A DNA stretch of 38,133 bases. It comes from Catajapyx aquilonaris (Eukaryota). Numbering within the stretch: the first letter of the stretch is position 1; every line of letters begins with the position of its first letter. Below are positions 23,848 to 35,561 of the stretch, in pieces. The DNA is taken from the NCBI GenBank assembly GCA_000934665.2, contig JYFJ02003758.1, positions 1 through 38,133 of the forward strand, given 5' to 3'. A program made the position numbers and the translations under genes. The notes beneath the pieces are model-generated. The model saw only the letters and a program-made list of their open reading frames with translations, was not told the DNA's origin and searched no databases.

Positions 23848-26137
23848 ATGTCATCAAATCCCATGGTAGTATTTGCGCTAATTTTTATGATTATGTTACA
23901 CAGTAGAGTGTAGACTAATAAAATGTCACATGTTTCTCTACAGTTCTTCAGATTGGTGACTGGACAAGTCATCCATAGCAATGGTGGAATCGCTTATAGA
24001 TTGCAGGAACGGCTGCGGCTGGGGCCTGGACGTTTCGGGGAGCGGTTTCAATGTGTGAGGACAGATGCAGGTCAACTGGACCAGAGCATTCCTCACAAGG
24101 TGGCAGTGGTGAAGGTGCCTAAGAACAGGGTGGACTGCTACAGAGAGGCGATAGTCATGCAGCACCTGGCTGAGCCCAACAATCCATTTGATCCCAGGGA
24201 TGGAGATGGGAGGAGTGTGGAGGAGAGGCACCACATTGTCAAGCTGCTGGGCCAGTTCCAGGAAGGTGGTGTCTATGGGTTGGTGATGGAGTCGATGCCC
24301 CTAGACCTCTTGACACTCCTACACAGCCAGCCAGATCTAATGTTCCCCTTACTTGTAGTGTCCAGTGTAGTGAGGCAACTCCTAATTGCGTTAGATTGGC
24401 TGAAGGTAAAGAGCGTTGGGAAAATGTTGTTTTTATTGGTTGATGACAAGATTGCAGTGAGAAACTGTGGATTGACAATAGCCTTGGATACTTTGAACGT
24501 GTTAGCCCTAGGGGAGGATTGTGTAATAAGCCACATGGGTTTTGTTTATTTTTTTAAATAAGTGGTAAAATCTGAAAAGATCCACAATGTACTAAGATCC
24601 TTTACTCACAGGGCGCGAAAAATTAATAGGGTTTGTTAATTTTTTCTAACCTTGTCTGACCCGGTGTTACAATATGTCTCCCGAAAACACTTTCCACCCA
24701 AAGTTGTGCTTTTTTTTGTTTTTGAAAAATGGCTTTCTCATCTTGGGCTAAGTTTTTTCTGATTTGTTTTACCGCAACTTGTAGACAATTAGAAGCACTT
24801 TCAATTGGATTTCAATATTACTAGGGCGAATAAATAACTAATTCACTACTTAAATTCTGTATATAATTTATTAAGTAGGATTGTAAAATAATTCAGTAAT
24901 TAATTGCTTTATTTTCTCTCTAATTGTTATTTGTAGGAAAAGCAGTTTGTCCACACTAAGGTGACAACAGAGAATGTCCTCGCAGCCCTGACTCTGAATG
25001 GAATCAGAGTCAAACTGTCTGACTTTGGCTCGACCATCTACCTTAGCGGAGAGAGGGATGTTGCGCAAGAGATTCAGCGTGAAGAATTCAGTGCGCCTGA
25101 AATTTATCTCGGTAAGAGTGATATGACCATTGCATCAAATTTGCAGATGTTTTGTAAATAATTTGGAGGTCTAATAGGCTCAATGGCACTTATTATTTTC
25201 TCTCAGGGGCGCCATTTAATGAGTCAATTGATATCTGGTCGCTTGGAATCATGGCAGGACAATTGACATTTGGATTAGGCTGTGAGCTGTTTCCACCCAC
25301 GTGCCCATTCAACCCAATACAGGTCTGGTCGAATGTGTTCGGTGGCATTCCCAACAAGGTCCTGGAAGCTGGAGTGTTCACTCGGAAGTACTTTATTCAA
25401 AGTGCAGGTGGAGCATACGATTTGAAGGTACTTACCGAGAAATACAACCCATTTCAATTAATCAACCCAGTGCCAGTGTACCATTGGCCCAACCCGAGTC
25501 GATAATGTCGGGATAAGAATTGTTCAAGGACAGACCAGTAATGATGTTGATGGCAATGATGATGCATTTTATATACAGTACATTGAGAGTAGATTGACTT
25601 AATGTTCTTCTCTCTTTCTCTTTTAGGTTGAGCCTGGTATGGACTTCATCACACACGTCCACTTTGTTCTGAACGATCCGACTACAACTAATAGCGAATT
25701 TAGGGACTTTCTCTTACAATCCCTGCATGTTGACCCTGTAAGTCATTTGTCAGTTCAAGAGATTATGAAGTGTATGAACATAAGTAAGCCTGTTAATGAA
25801 AAATTTGCACACATTTCAAGAAGTAATTTTTGAAGCATATGCTACATACGTACAGTGATATTATTATTGTCTACTGCTGGTCTTATCCATCTTGATCAGA
25901 GATGTCATAACATTTGTTTTTGGTTCCCAGAATCAGTGTCGAAGATCACTAACCTCGATGGATGTTTCCATTGGATCAATTAACATGATGTTGCTATACA
26001 TCTCAAGGCTTCAACATATTTCCAAAGAAAACTAAAGAGGTTCTTGATGTCTCATTTTTCAGGAGAAACGCCTCACCCCAAAAGAAGGCCTGAGGATGGC
26101 ATTTGTGAAGCGATCTTTGATCTCTAATGCATCGTAG
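23848..26137 (+). CDS. K4: HIPK-like pseudokinase (catalytic loop degenerate, ORF intact)
   Basis: Candidate first coding exon 23848-23865 (MSSNPM), then 23944-24405, 24937-25111, 25207-25427, 25627-25737, 26063-26137; all GT-AG and in frame to TAG. GPGRFG, AVVK, DFG, APE and DIWSLG are present, but subdomain VIb reads FVHTKVTTENVL. Confidence 0.88.
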
Positions 26138-27299
26138 AAGATGGATCCTATTTTTGGTTTTGTTTTCAATTTATTAAGTTTTTGTATTCGGATGACAGGC
26201 CTACTTAAAAGTTACTCTCTACTGGAGTAAGAAATAAGAAGACAGACTGGTGATTGATCCAGCCTGAATCCGGCAGCAGAAGAAGGTCAGAGCTAAGCAA
26301 ATATAGTGGGATTGTATGTGTCCCATGTAACTGAGTCCAGTCAAGTGTCCCATCATGAGTCCTTCGGAAGGATGGAACTGGACCAACCTGTAGCAGATTA
26401 ACGAGGCCATCAGGAGTGATACATAGTATTACAGCTTATCTGTAACATTTAACTCCATGGAATTTGGTAGTATGTGGGTGTGTGTGTGAGCAGCACTGAG
26501 GGGAGATTTTGGACACATTGGTGAAGGCTAAGGAGTCATAGATGGGATGGTGGTGGACTGGTGCTAGTGTTGGACTGACATCAACGTAAGGCAACCAGGG
26601 CTGAGAGAAGACTTCCTTGGCCGCCTGCCCATTAACTGAAGTGGTGGTCCTGGAACGTCATCTGTGTGTCAGAAGGAAGGTGATCAGAGATGGTGTCCCT
26701 TCCTTGCTGACCAACGTGAAGGAAAAGGAATAAGGGCAGGAGGTTGTGGATGAGCCATGGATGGACTGGTGGTGTTGTCGACTTGTGATCAATAAGAAGC
26801 AGCCAGAAGTGTGAGAGATGTCTTTTTCAAACCTACCTGTTACGTCATTGGAACTTACGTGAATGGTTTATGAAACTGTTGGCTTGAATATTGAGAACTG
26901 GGAGATATTGTTTAAATGCGTGATGCAAAATTTCATGTTGTGTTGAAATGTCATTACAATTGTTGTGTTCGTGGGAAAATATAATTATGTTGAATGCTAT
27001 GACCCCTGTCGTGGTGTGCTCTATTCTGCTTGCCTTTGCAATATGGACCACGTGCTATTCTCAACAGTAATGGCTAACCACTGGGGACATTTTAATAGGT
27101 ACACCCAGTATTTATACCACATGATTTATCCCTTCTTTACAGCCACCACCTTTAAAATTATTGTTGTGGATAATATTTTTTCATGTAGAGTGTAGAGGAG
27201 ACATTTTCAGCATACCTCGACATCCTGTACACGATACATGACTTCATTATTAGTTCATGCTGTAATATGGCCATATGTCTGTACTTACATCCTACTTAA

Positions 27300-27829
27300 C
27301 CCTGGAACCGTGCCGTGGGGTCTTTTTGGACCCCAAAGGAATTAAAATGCATCGCAATGAATGATCTTGAAACGATAATGACCTGAAACTCTGTGTAAAA
27401 ACTTCCTTTCATGGATCAAATCCGGTTTCATAATTTTCACACCAACCAAAATATAGTTCAGTCGTGGTTTTTGGACCCATGCTCATGTGCCCAAGGAAAA
27501 ACAATGCATTAAAATGATAATTACAATAAACTTCTGCCATTTTTTTTACAGTATATAACAGGAAGTGCAGGTTTATTTTGAACTAGCGATCCTTTTAGGC
27601 ATTGTTCAAAGAATTATTGTATGTAGTCAATACATTGGGAAATATTACATAATAATTAATAACAATTAAAATATGGTGGGGTCCGAAATGACCCCAAGGC
27701 ACGGTTGCCGTAATACTCGCAGGCACGGCACGGTTCCAGGGTTAATAAGAATTAAAATATGTTGGGGTCCGAAAAGACCCCATGGCACGGTTAATTAACG
27801 TAACTTTTAGGCACGGCACGGTTCCAGGG
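27300..27829. mobile_element. piggyBac-like non-autonomous element with a duplicated right end
   Basis: TTAA|CCCTGGAACCGTGCCGTG at left; CACGGCACGGTTCCAGGG|TTAA twice at right (ending 27741 and 27829); subterminal GGGGTC-N6-GACCCC palindromes. Confidence 0.88.
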
Positions 27830-30085
27830 TTAAGATGGCCATTTTTTATATAATTATTTTGAGTCACTTACTGTAGAGGACACATTTGCATAATTTTATG
27901 TCTTCCACACAACACACAAGTTGCACACTTGGACTGCCGTAAGTTGCGGCTCAGCTCTCTATGCAGGTATTGACGCAATTACTTCCAACTACTGTAATTG
28001 ATATTTGGAAACTGCAATTACATTGGCGTTCAAATCAGGCTCCCTGATTGACAGCCATAAGGAGCTGCTCTATTATTTATTAGTAAAGAAATTGATTGGT
28101 TACATCCCGCTCTTAAACGCTGCTAAAGACATTGCTTGAGTGGCTAACTGTTCATTGGCAGGTTATTAACATTTCGCTACTTGTAATAATGTAGGCCTAC
28201 ATGAAGAGAATCGACGCAATATCCTGATGTATTGTGGTGAACTTATTACTAGGAATCTGCATGTTGCACCTCTCACAGAAGAATTTCACAATGTTGAATC
28301 ACTGAATTCATTTGCCTTATTTCTATCAGGTAAACAACCTAACCAGTATTAAATAACATCATAAAATGATAATTTATCGTTTATAAGAGAATAATTAGAA
28401 AAAATTATTATGAGCAATGCTGGTTGTGGCCACATGAGCTATCTACAACATCGAATAGATTTAAGACATTTCAACATATGCCTATAGGATCAGTGCACAA
28501 CATGAAAAGTATCTGCCCTTGTTCTGAATGCTGGTTTATCCTGAGCGTCGATGGCCACCAATGAGCCTCTTTTGCTCGACGGAAAGCCTGGCTTACAGGC
28601 GCCAACGGGCATGAAAGAACGATTTGATAAACAGGCTGTGATAGCACTTGGAAAAATTGTATGTTTCACAGATAAAAAAATAATAATATGAGGTGGTCAA
28701 GATGGACACTTAAACATTTGAGAAAGGAGCGGCCAGGCCAAGTTGGTCACACACCCCAGAGATACATCTGTCATAATTTATCAAGGCATGAGACACCCCG
28801 ATGTACTGTATCGCATAAAATTCGGCTAATAATAGAATAGCCAACTTTGTACGCGTAACATTCTTTAATTGCTATGGGTACAAACTAAAATATTTGTCTT
28901 CAAAATGCAATTGTTTGCAGCTAGCAAGAACTGGATGCTGGGACTATTGGAACTGTTTATGAATCATTGGTATATTGCATTAAAAGCTAAGAGTTGTTAA
29001 TGGCACAATGCAGTTTTTAAAATGTGATCAAGACATTTAATGTTAAGCTAAATATTCAGGAATTGCACCTTACCTATAGTTACCTTTCCATATATACGGA
29101 ACGTGAGGCCCCAGAGGTTGAGTTTTCCCAATCTGTAGGAAAATAGCTATATACACATGGTAAGAGTTTGAAGTAATTTCTGTGGGTGATTGCAGATTAA
29201 TTTAATGTTATTTAACACCAGACTCTTTCCATGTGTTAGTATTCAATAATAAACCTAGAAAACAAGGTGGACTTTTAAAAAGGCAGATGTGTAAATTATT
29301 CAAAACATATTTTAATGAAATATTTAAAACATAACAGAGGCGGAAACAAAATAACATTCCTGAGAGGTACAAAATGCTTATAAGATTGACCAAACCTTCA
29401 ATCAACATCAGTACATTAGGAAACATAAAATTATCCATCGTTGAATGCTCAGTGCATTGTTGAATACATTATTATTAGCATCAGCAAACATTCAGTAACA
29501 ATCATGCCAGCACCAGCTCTTCCCAACACAATTTGATCACATACATTGTATTTCAATCCTGCATATATACACATTCAATAAAATAACACATATTTACAAA
29601 TTGAACGTCAGTTGTTGTCAACAATATTTACATGTACAGTATATTTTATAACACTTTAAATCCTGATTATACTGTGATCCACTGTGTAAAATTGAATCAA
29701 TTTCCATTGTACAGTAATTAGTTAGTACACCTGAATCAACAATAACAAAATGGATATACAATATTATTTTACAGTCAGTGAAACAGTGGTTATAACAAGT
29801 ACCATCATGCCAAGTGCAGAACATCTACTTATATAATATAACTCCATACTCGCATGATTCAATTTAAATTCCATGCACTGTAGCACACACTACATACTTC
29901 CCTTTCCATTTACACTTCAGATAATATGCATTCTATAGGATATGCGCATGTAGCACCTTGTGCAGGAACAAATTGATGTCAGATACATTACATGACCAGA
30001 AATCATTATCGCCGGAAAAAAATCAGCAGAGTAAACTCTTTGTCAAACACTTTCAGACAGTTCAGGCTTCCTGAATCAATCACCT

Positions 30086-32451
30086 TCAGACCTGCTGTCC
30101 AGATTTGACCGATTGCTTGATAAATGGCAACTCCAGGCCGTCCTTCGGAGTCAGGCGCTTCTCCTGTGAAAGATATAAAATATATAGTGAGCCTTAATAT
30201 AGGTATTGCGAAGAGGAGGCCATTATTATTACAAAATCCAGACAGAAATAGTTTGAATATCACATCAACATTAAAATACGGTAATGTAAATAACAGCCTG
30301 TTAATATTAATCAGCAGAATGATTCAAGCCTTTCATGACCTAACTGAAAAGGAAGAAAATGTTTTAAAAATAATTACTTACTGGATCAACAGACAGGCAG
30401 CCGAAGAAGAACTTTTCAAATTCGGGGTCTGGGATGGTAGATGGATGACCTGGCCCGCTCTGAACGGCACGGGCACGGATGCGGAATGTTGAAGGCTCCA
30501 ACTACGAATGAGAAAGAAAAGGAAAATATTAAGAAAATGAATAAGTCCCAGTGGAATAAATGTTAACTGCGAATAAAGTGAGGTGTGGGTTTATATTGTC
30601 ACTTACTTGCAGTGTGTACTCGTCGTCACCAGTCTTGAGGTAGTACTTCTCGGTGTGTTTGCCTGCCTCGAGGACCTTGGTGGGAATGTCTCCGCACACT
30701 CTCGACCAAACCTGAAGCGTGTTGAGTGGGCTGTAGGGTGAGAAAAGCTCGCAGGCAAGGCCATACATCATCTGCCCAGATAGGATGCCAAGGGACCACA
30801 TGTCAATTGCATCGGTGAAAGGTGCACCTGATGAGGAGTAAAATAAGTGTCATTAACATCAGGCCTCATTGGTGCTTGAAATATCACTATATCGTCGGTG
30901 ATCATGCAAAACCTCGTATCTTATTCCATTGGTTTTTGCAGGAGATACGAGGTTTTGCATGATCACCGACGTTACGCTTTTTGGAAGGAAATGTACGGTA
31001 GAAATCAAATTATTGACCATGACACTAATCCTTACCAACATAAATCTCAGGAGCCCTGTGGATGGCGGGTTGAATATTCAGTCCAAAATACAGGTGAGAA
31101 TCGGGACGTATGAAGGTACATCCAAAGTCAGCCAGCTTCACTCTCACTTCATTATTTGGCCTCATGTCGATGAGGACATTCTCTGGCTTAATGTCAGCGT
31201 GAATCAACTCTTTTGTCTGAAAATAAAAGTATATCAATGAATACGGATGTGCAGAAAAGAGACTGTGGTCTACCATGACAAAATAAAATCATATCAATCA
31301 TGCCGCTAAAACCTTTATAAGCGACCTAATGCATCATGCTTACCTTGAGCCAATCAAGTGCCGTCAGGAGCTGCCTGGCCACGCTGGAGACCATCACAGG
31401 GGGCAGTCTGTGTTGGAGGTGGACGGAAAGGAGTTTCAGGAGGTCTCCCTGCATATACTCCATCATCAGGCAGAAGAGGTTGGCGTGTTGGAAGAAGCCC
31501 AGAAACTTTGAAATGTTGTGTCTGTCCTCCTCCCCATCACCTTCAGTCGATGCAGAGGGTTGGTCTGCTGTGCTCCCAGGAGACTGATGGATGGGCAGTG
31601 CCAGAAACTTCATGATGGCCCCCTCCCTAGTGGCTGACACCGGGTCTCTCTGCACCTTGACTACTGCTCTCTTGTGAGACACGCTCTCGTCCAGTTGGTC
31701 AGCATCTTTTCTCACGCACCTAAACACCTCCCCGAAGCAGCCTGCTCCCATCCGTACCTCCAAGGTGTAGTCGATTCCACCATTGCCTCGGATCACCTGT
31801 CCAGCAACCAATCCGCTTCTGAAGAGCTGCAATAAAAATTATTTACAAATTATTCTCCAAAAAATCGAGAGGGTAAACGCCACAATTGAACTGAAGTTGG
31901 CCTACCCCCCCTTTTTAATTTGACTTTTTTAAAAAAATATGAGTGAGGGTAGGCCCTATATCGACTATCACATCCCCCGTTTAATAGCTTGCAAAATCAC
32001 AGACGAAATTTTGAAATTGCATTAATTTTTCGGGCCTACTGGGTTCCAAACGAAATTAGCATGTAAATAATAATGGTTAAATACGTTGCACATGGAAATT
32101 ACGATATGTTATACCAATCGCCGAGACTTTTTAAAAAACCATTTGTTTCCTGCATAAATTACAAGCACCACGAAATATCCGCACAATCAGTTCTAACAAA
32201 ATTACAAAACGGCATGGCATGGCTCACATACGTATAGCATATACATATCGTAATATTCTGGACTGGCTGAAATGAGAATAGACAATATTCACAGCATTTA
32301 CATTATTTTGGATAAAATTAATGGTCTGCGCAATGAATTATGTATACGTACATACTCGTATGATTCTACACGTAGCCCGTAAATAAAAATATGCACAATT
32401 TCTGCCGAAAAAATGGCGACCAACCTGAGGGGCCTGCTGCTGAGACGCCAT
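30086..32451 (-). CDS. K5: HIPK-like Ser/Thr kinase, closest paralogue of K4
   Basis: Candidate first coding exon 32451-32425 (MASQQQAPQ; alternative 32687-32646 MSSSLGGGQVKSVE), then 31826-31344, 31216-31036, 30827-30607, 30501-30382, 30163-30086. Motifs GAGCFG, AVVK, IHADIKPENVL, DFG, RAPE, AIDMWSLG. Confidence 0.9.
30893..30971. repeat. Perfect 29-bp-arm hairpin inside a K5 intron
   Basis: CGTCGGTGATCATGCAAAACCTCGTATCT, 21-nt loop, AGATACGAGGTTTTGCATGATCACCGACG. Confidence 0.92.
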
Positions 32452-33531
32452 TCTGCAGACCAGGTTGCGTGGAAATAACGTGGAAAAGGGAACTCAGGTC
32501 CTCTATTTCTGGAGTTATTCTCACGGAGTGTGGGTCTCTTGCTTGATCAAACTATAGCTATAAGCACTAGTTCCAATCACTCGCGGAATAAGGGACCAGA
32601 GATCACGCAAAAGGTTTCAACCGGACCGAGAATCAACTGACGCACTTCCACACTCTTCACTTGTCCACCTCCGAGTGACGAAGACATGGATGGCCTCCCA
32701 CTGTCCAGCCGGTTCCCGAAACAGGCCACCAGGGGCGCTGGGTGGAGTAGGGGAAAGTCCGTCCAGCGAGGCGGCCTTTGCCATCGCATCGGACCGCCAA
32801 AAAGTCCGACATTAACCCCCGAAATGTATGCTGTTTCCAGGAGGTCAGAGCAGCCAACGAGGCTCAATATGCTGGCGACAAAGGGAGGAAAATGTTATGC
32901 CATGAATCCGCGACTCAAAAAGCTGCTATTAATAGATAATTAGGTCCTATACGACCAATGTTAAATTAATATGAATGCATACTAGGTCGGCTATACACTA
33001 TTGATTAGAGAAGAATAGGCCATACCAAAATTAATCCATTTTTCTATTTTTAAATTCACAGTCAACTTATTAGGGATAAATATCAGAATTGCATCACGTT
33101 ATGAGTTATCAGGCCACTGGAAACTCTTGGAAAAATATAAGTTATCACGAATTTTGTGCAGTAAGTTATCGAAAAGGATATACGAGCTAAGACGGGCGAG
33201 AGCACTTCAAAAATAACGATGAAAACTGTCCTTATTGGACATGCTCCCTTCCGCAAAAAAAAGCAACTAATTGACAGCTTTTCAGTAGTAGGATTATATG
33301 CGACAAAAATATACATGGTTGAAAATCATTGATTGAGTGATGGGACCAAACAAAGGCACTTCTCGAAAGTCAGTAAGTTATAATCGAAAAGTGTACAATA
33401 ATGTGAGGAAGAGAAGGGAGAGAAACTCGTGTAAAAAAAAAAATCCCACCATTTTTCCAACTTCCTATACATATAATCAATGTTTGCATCATAATATTAT
33501 TATGCCGGCTGGGTGAGTATTACTGAGAAGG

Positions 33532-33706
33532 TGACTCAGCATGGCACTTTCAGGTTGGGGGTCAGGTTAAAACTTTTCCGACATTGGCTGAGTTGGACCC
33601 GTGCTGACGTCATATCTAATGACGCCTCTAATCACGTGCTGGGTATGACCAATGCTTGGTGACCCCAAAATCGGTTTCTGTGGCCAGCCCCTCCGCATTC
33701 CACGTG
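33532..33706. promoter_or_regulatory. Candidate promoter between divergent K5 and K6
   Basis: TGACTCA 33532, ATTGG 33583, full CRE TGACGTCA 33605, half CRE 33620, CACGTG 33633 and 33701, CCAAT 33649, in a GC-richer patch just upstream of the K6 candidate first exon. Confidence 0.5.
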
Positions 33707-33845
33707 TACCACTTGAATTGGATAGAGGAGAAGGAGTGGCTCTTGTGCTTCGTTTTTTTTTTTTTTTAAATTTTGCTTGCTGAGGTGTGTTGTATGCATG
33801 TTGTGCTGCACTGGTACCGACCTGGAATATCGGTTTCTTTTGGAG

Positions 33846-35561
33846 ATGGCCTGCAGGATTCCTGCACCACAGCAACCCGGAGTGGAGTCCGCTAAGGTTA
33901 GCAGTCATTTCCGAATGTGTAAATAAAAGTTCTGACTCACATTATCATTTGTTCCTTTTCTGAAAAAAAAAACTCAGTGACAATGTCTAGCAAAGTGAGA
34001 CGCAAGGCGGTGCTTGTGAAAATTAGACGTGTGCTTCTTGTTATTTGTATATGAGTTAGGGCGAGAGGTGAATGATGGGGGAAGATGTGAGTAATTATGC
34101 TAAGTTATTTGTAAATGTTTGCAGGACTATACCAGATTCGTTGAGTATTGCATCATATCGCGTCTGCACTCATTTTATGTAGCTAATACCGGTAATGTGG
34201 ATTTTTGGTGCAACTTTTAGGGGATGTCCACTATCAAGACTTGGAGTGGGGCTGAATATTCTGTGAAGAATGTGTTGGGAAGGGGCATGTTTGGCTATGT
34301 CTACAAACTGAGGAGGATCAACTGCAGCACGAAAGAAGATCTGGCACTTCACCCAGCAGAAGTTGCGCTCAAAGTCCAGGAGAACATTGTGTTGGACCTG
34401 TGGAAGAAGGAAGTCCAGATCATGGAGCTCCTCCAGGGAAACGTGTCTGATGGGAGACCCATCATGATGGCAGCATCGGGAGGAGGTGACCACCACAACA
34501 TCATCCGTCTGATTGAATCATACACGTACTCGACTTCTGGCATGATGGTTCTGGAGCTGATGCCAACCAACCTGTGGGACCTTATCCAGCTTCAACCTGG
34601 GAAGAAGTTCACTCCATGGCAAACATCTGTCGTCACGAGGCAACTACTGATCGCACTGGCCTGGTTGAAGGTAATGCAAACAATTAATTAATTTGCCAAT
34701 CTGATGAATTATTTTTTCGCAGGATAATGGTGTGGTCCACGCTGACCTGAAGCTGGACAATGTGTTGGTTGACCCGTCAGACAAAAAGCTGAGGGTCAAG
34801 CTTGCTGACTTCGGGGTAGCATGGCACACATCGTCTGCTTTAGAAATGCATGGACGTAACATGCAAGCTCCACCACTCAGAGCTCCTGAAGTTTATGTTG
34901 GTAAGCAAGACCCATCACTTCTCTCGAAAAGCACCTTATCCCATTCAATATGACTCATTAGCAATTATCTATTTCTTATCCGAGGTGCTGCTCTGGATGA
35001 AGCGATTGACATGTGGAGCCTGGGCTGCCTGGCCGCCACCATGTATTTCGGGGTGGACCATCCGATGTTCAGGGATTGGGAGAACCATCTTCTCATCCTG
35101 TACCTGAGGATTAACCTCTTTGGAAACATCCCTAGATGGGTCCTCAGAAGTGGGAAAAAGACGCTTCGATTTTTCGACTGGCTTGGTGGCAAGAAATTTG
35201 TGATCAAGGTATGGCTGTGGTTCCAAATCTGTCTGAATCTTGTCCTTTGTCGTCTGCACTAAAGCTCCGGTAATAAGGTTGGTCATTATGTGTCTTGCAG
35301 GGACAGGCTGACGTGGCGTTGGAAGCCAAGAAGATCCAGAAGAAGTGCGGAATAAACCGTCTGTTTGATATCCCCCACATCCTGTTTGGAAAGTTCTTGT
35401 TCAGATGCCTTGACATGGAACCGGTGAGTTATTCCTTTTATGACATTGCTAATGGTTTTTAAAACGTTAAAAGGTATCATGCCTACTTTTTCTCATTTCA
35501 GAAGACTCGTTTGGTTCCTAACGATGCCTTGCAAATGCCTTTCGTGAGAGACTTGCCATAG
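33846..35561 (+). CDS. K6: HIPK-like Ser/Thr kinase, kinase-domain-only
   Basis: Candidate first exon 33846-33896 (MACRIPAPQQPGVESAK), then 34221-34670 (also has an ATG at 34224), 34723-34900, 34985-35208 (GAG acceptor), 35301-35423, 35502-35561. Motifs GRGMFG, VALK, HADLKLDN, DFG, RAPE, EAIDMWSLGC. Confidence 0.9.

Noticed and set aside
26200..26840. GC-richer region after K4 as an extra coding exon
   Set aside because: K4 has a stop at the conserved position and no coherent ORF is present; probably UTR or repeat.
29085..29132. Minus-strand micro-exon-like segment (CAG|...AAG|GTAAC)
   Set aside because: Isolated splice-like signals with no link to a gene model.
2698..35561. Assigning the symbols HIPK1-4 or DYRK
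   Set aside because: The motifs indicate HIPK affinity, but orthology needs a phylogeny.
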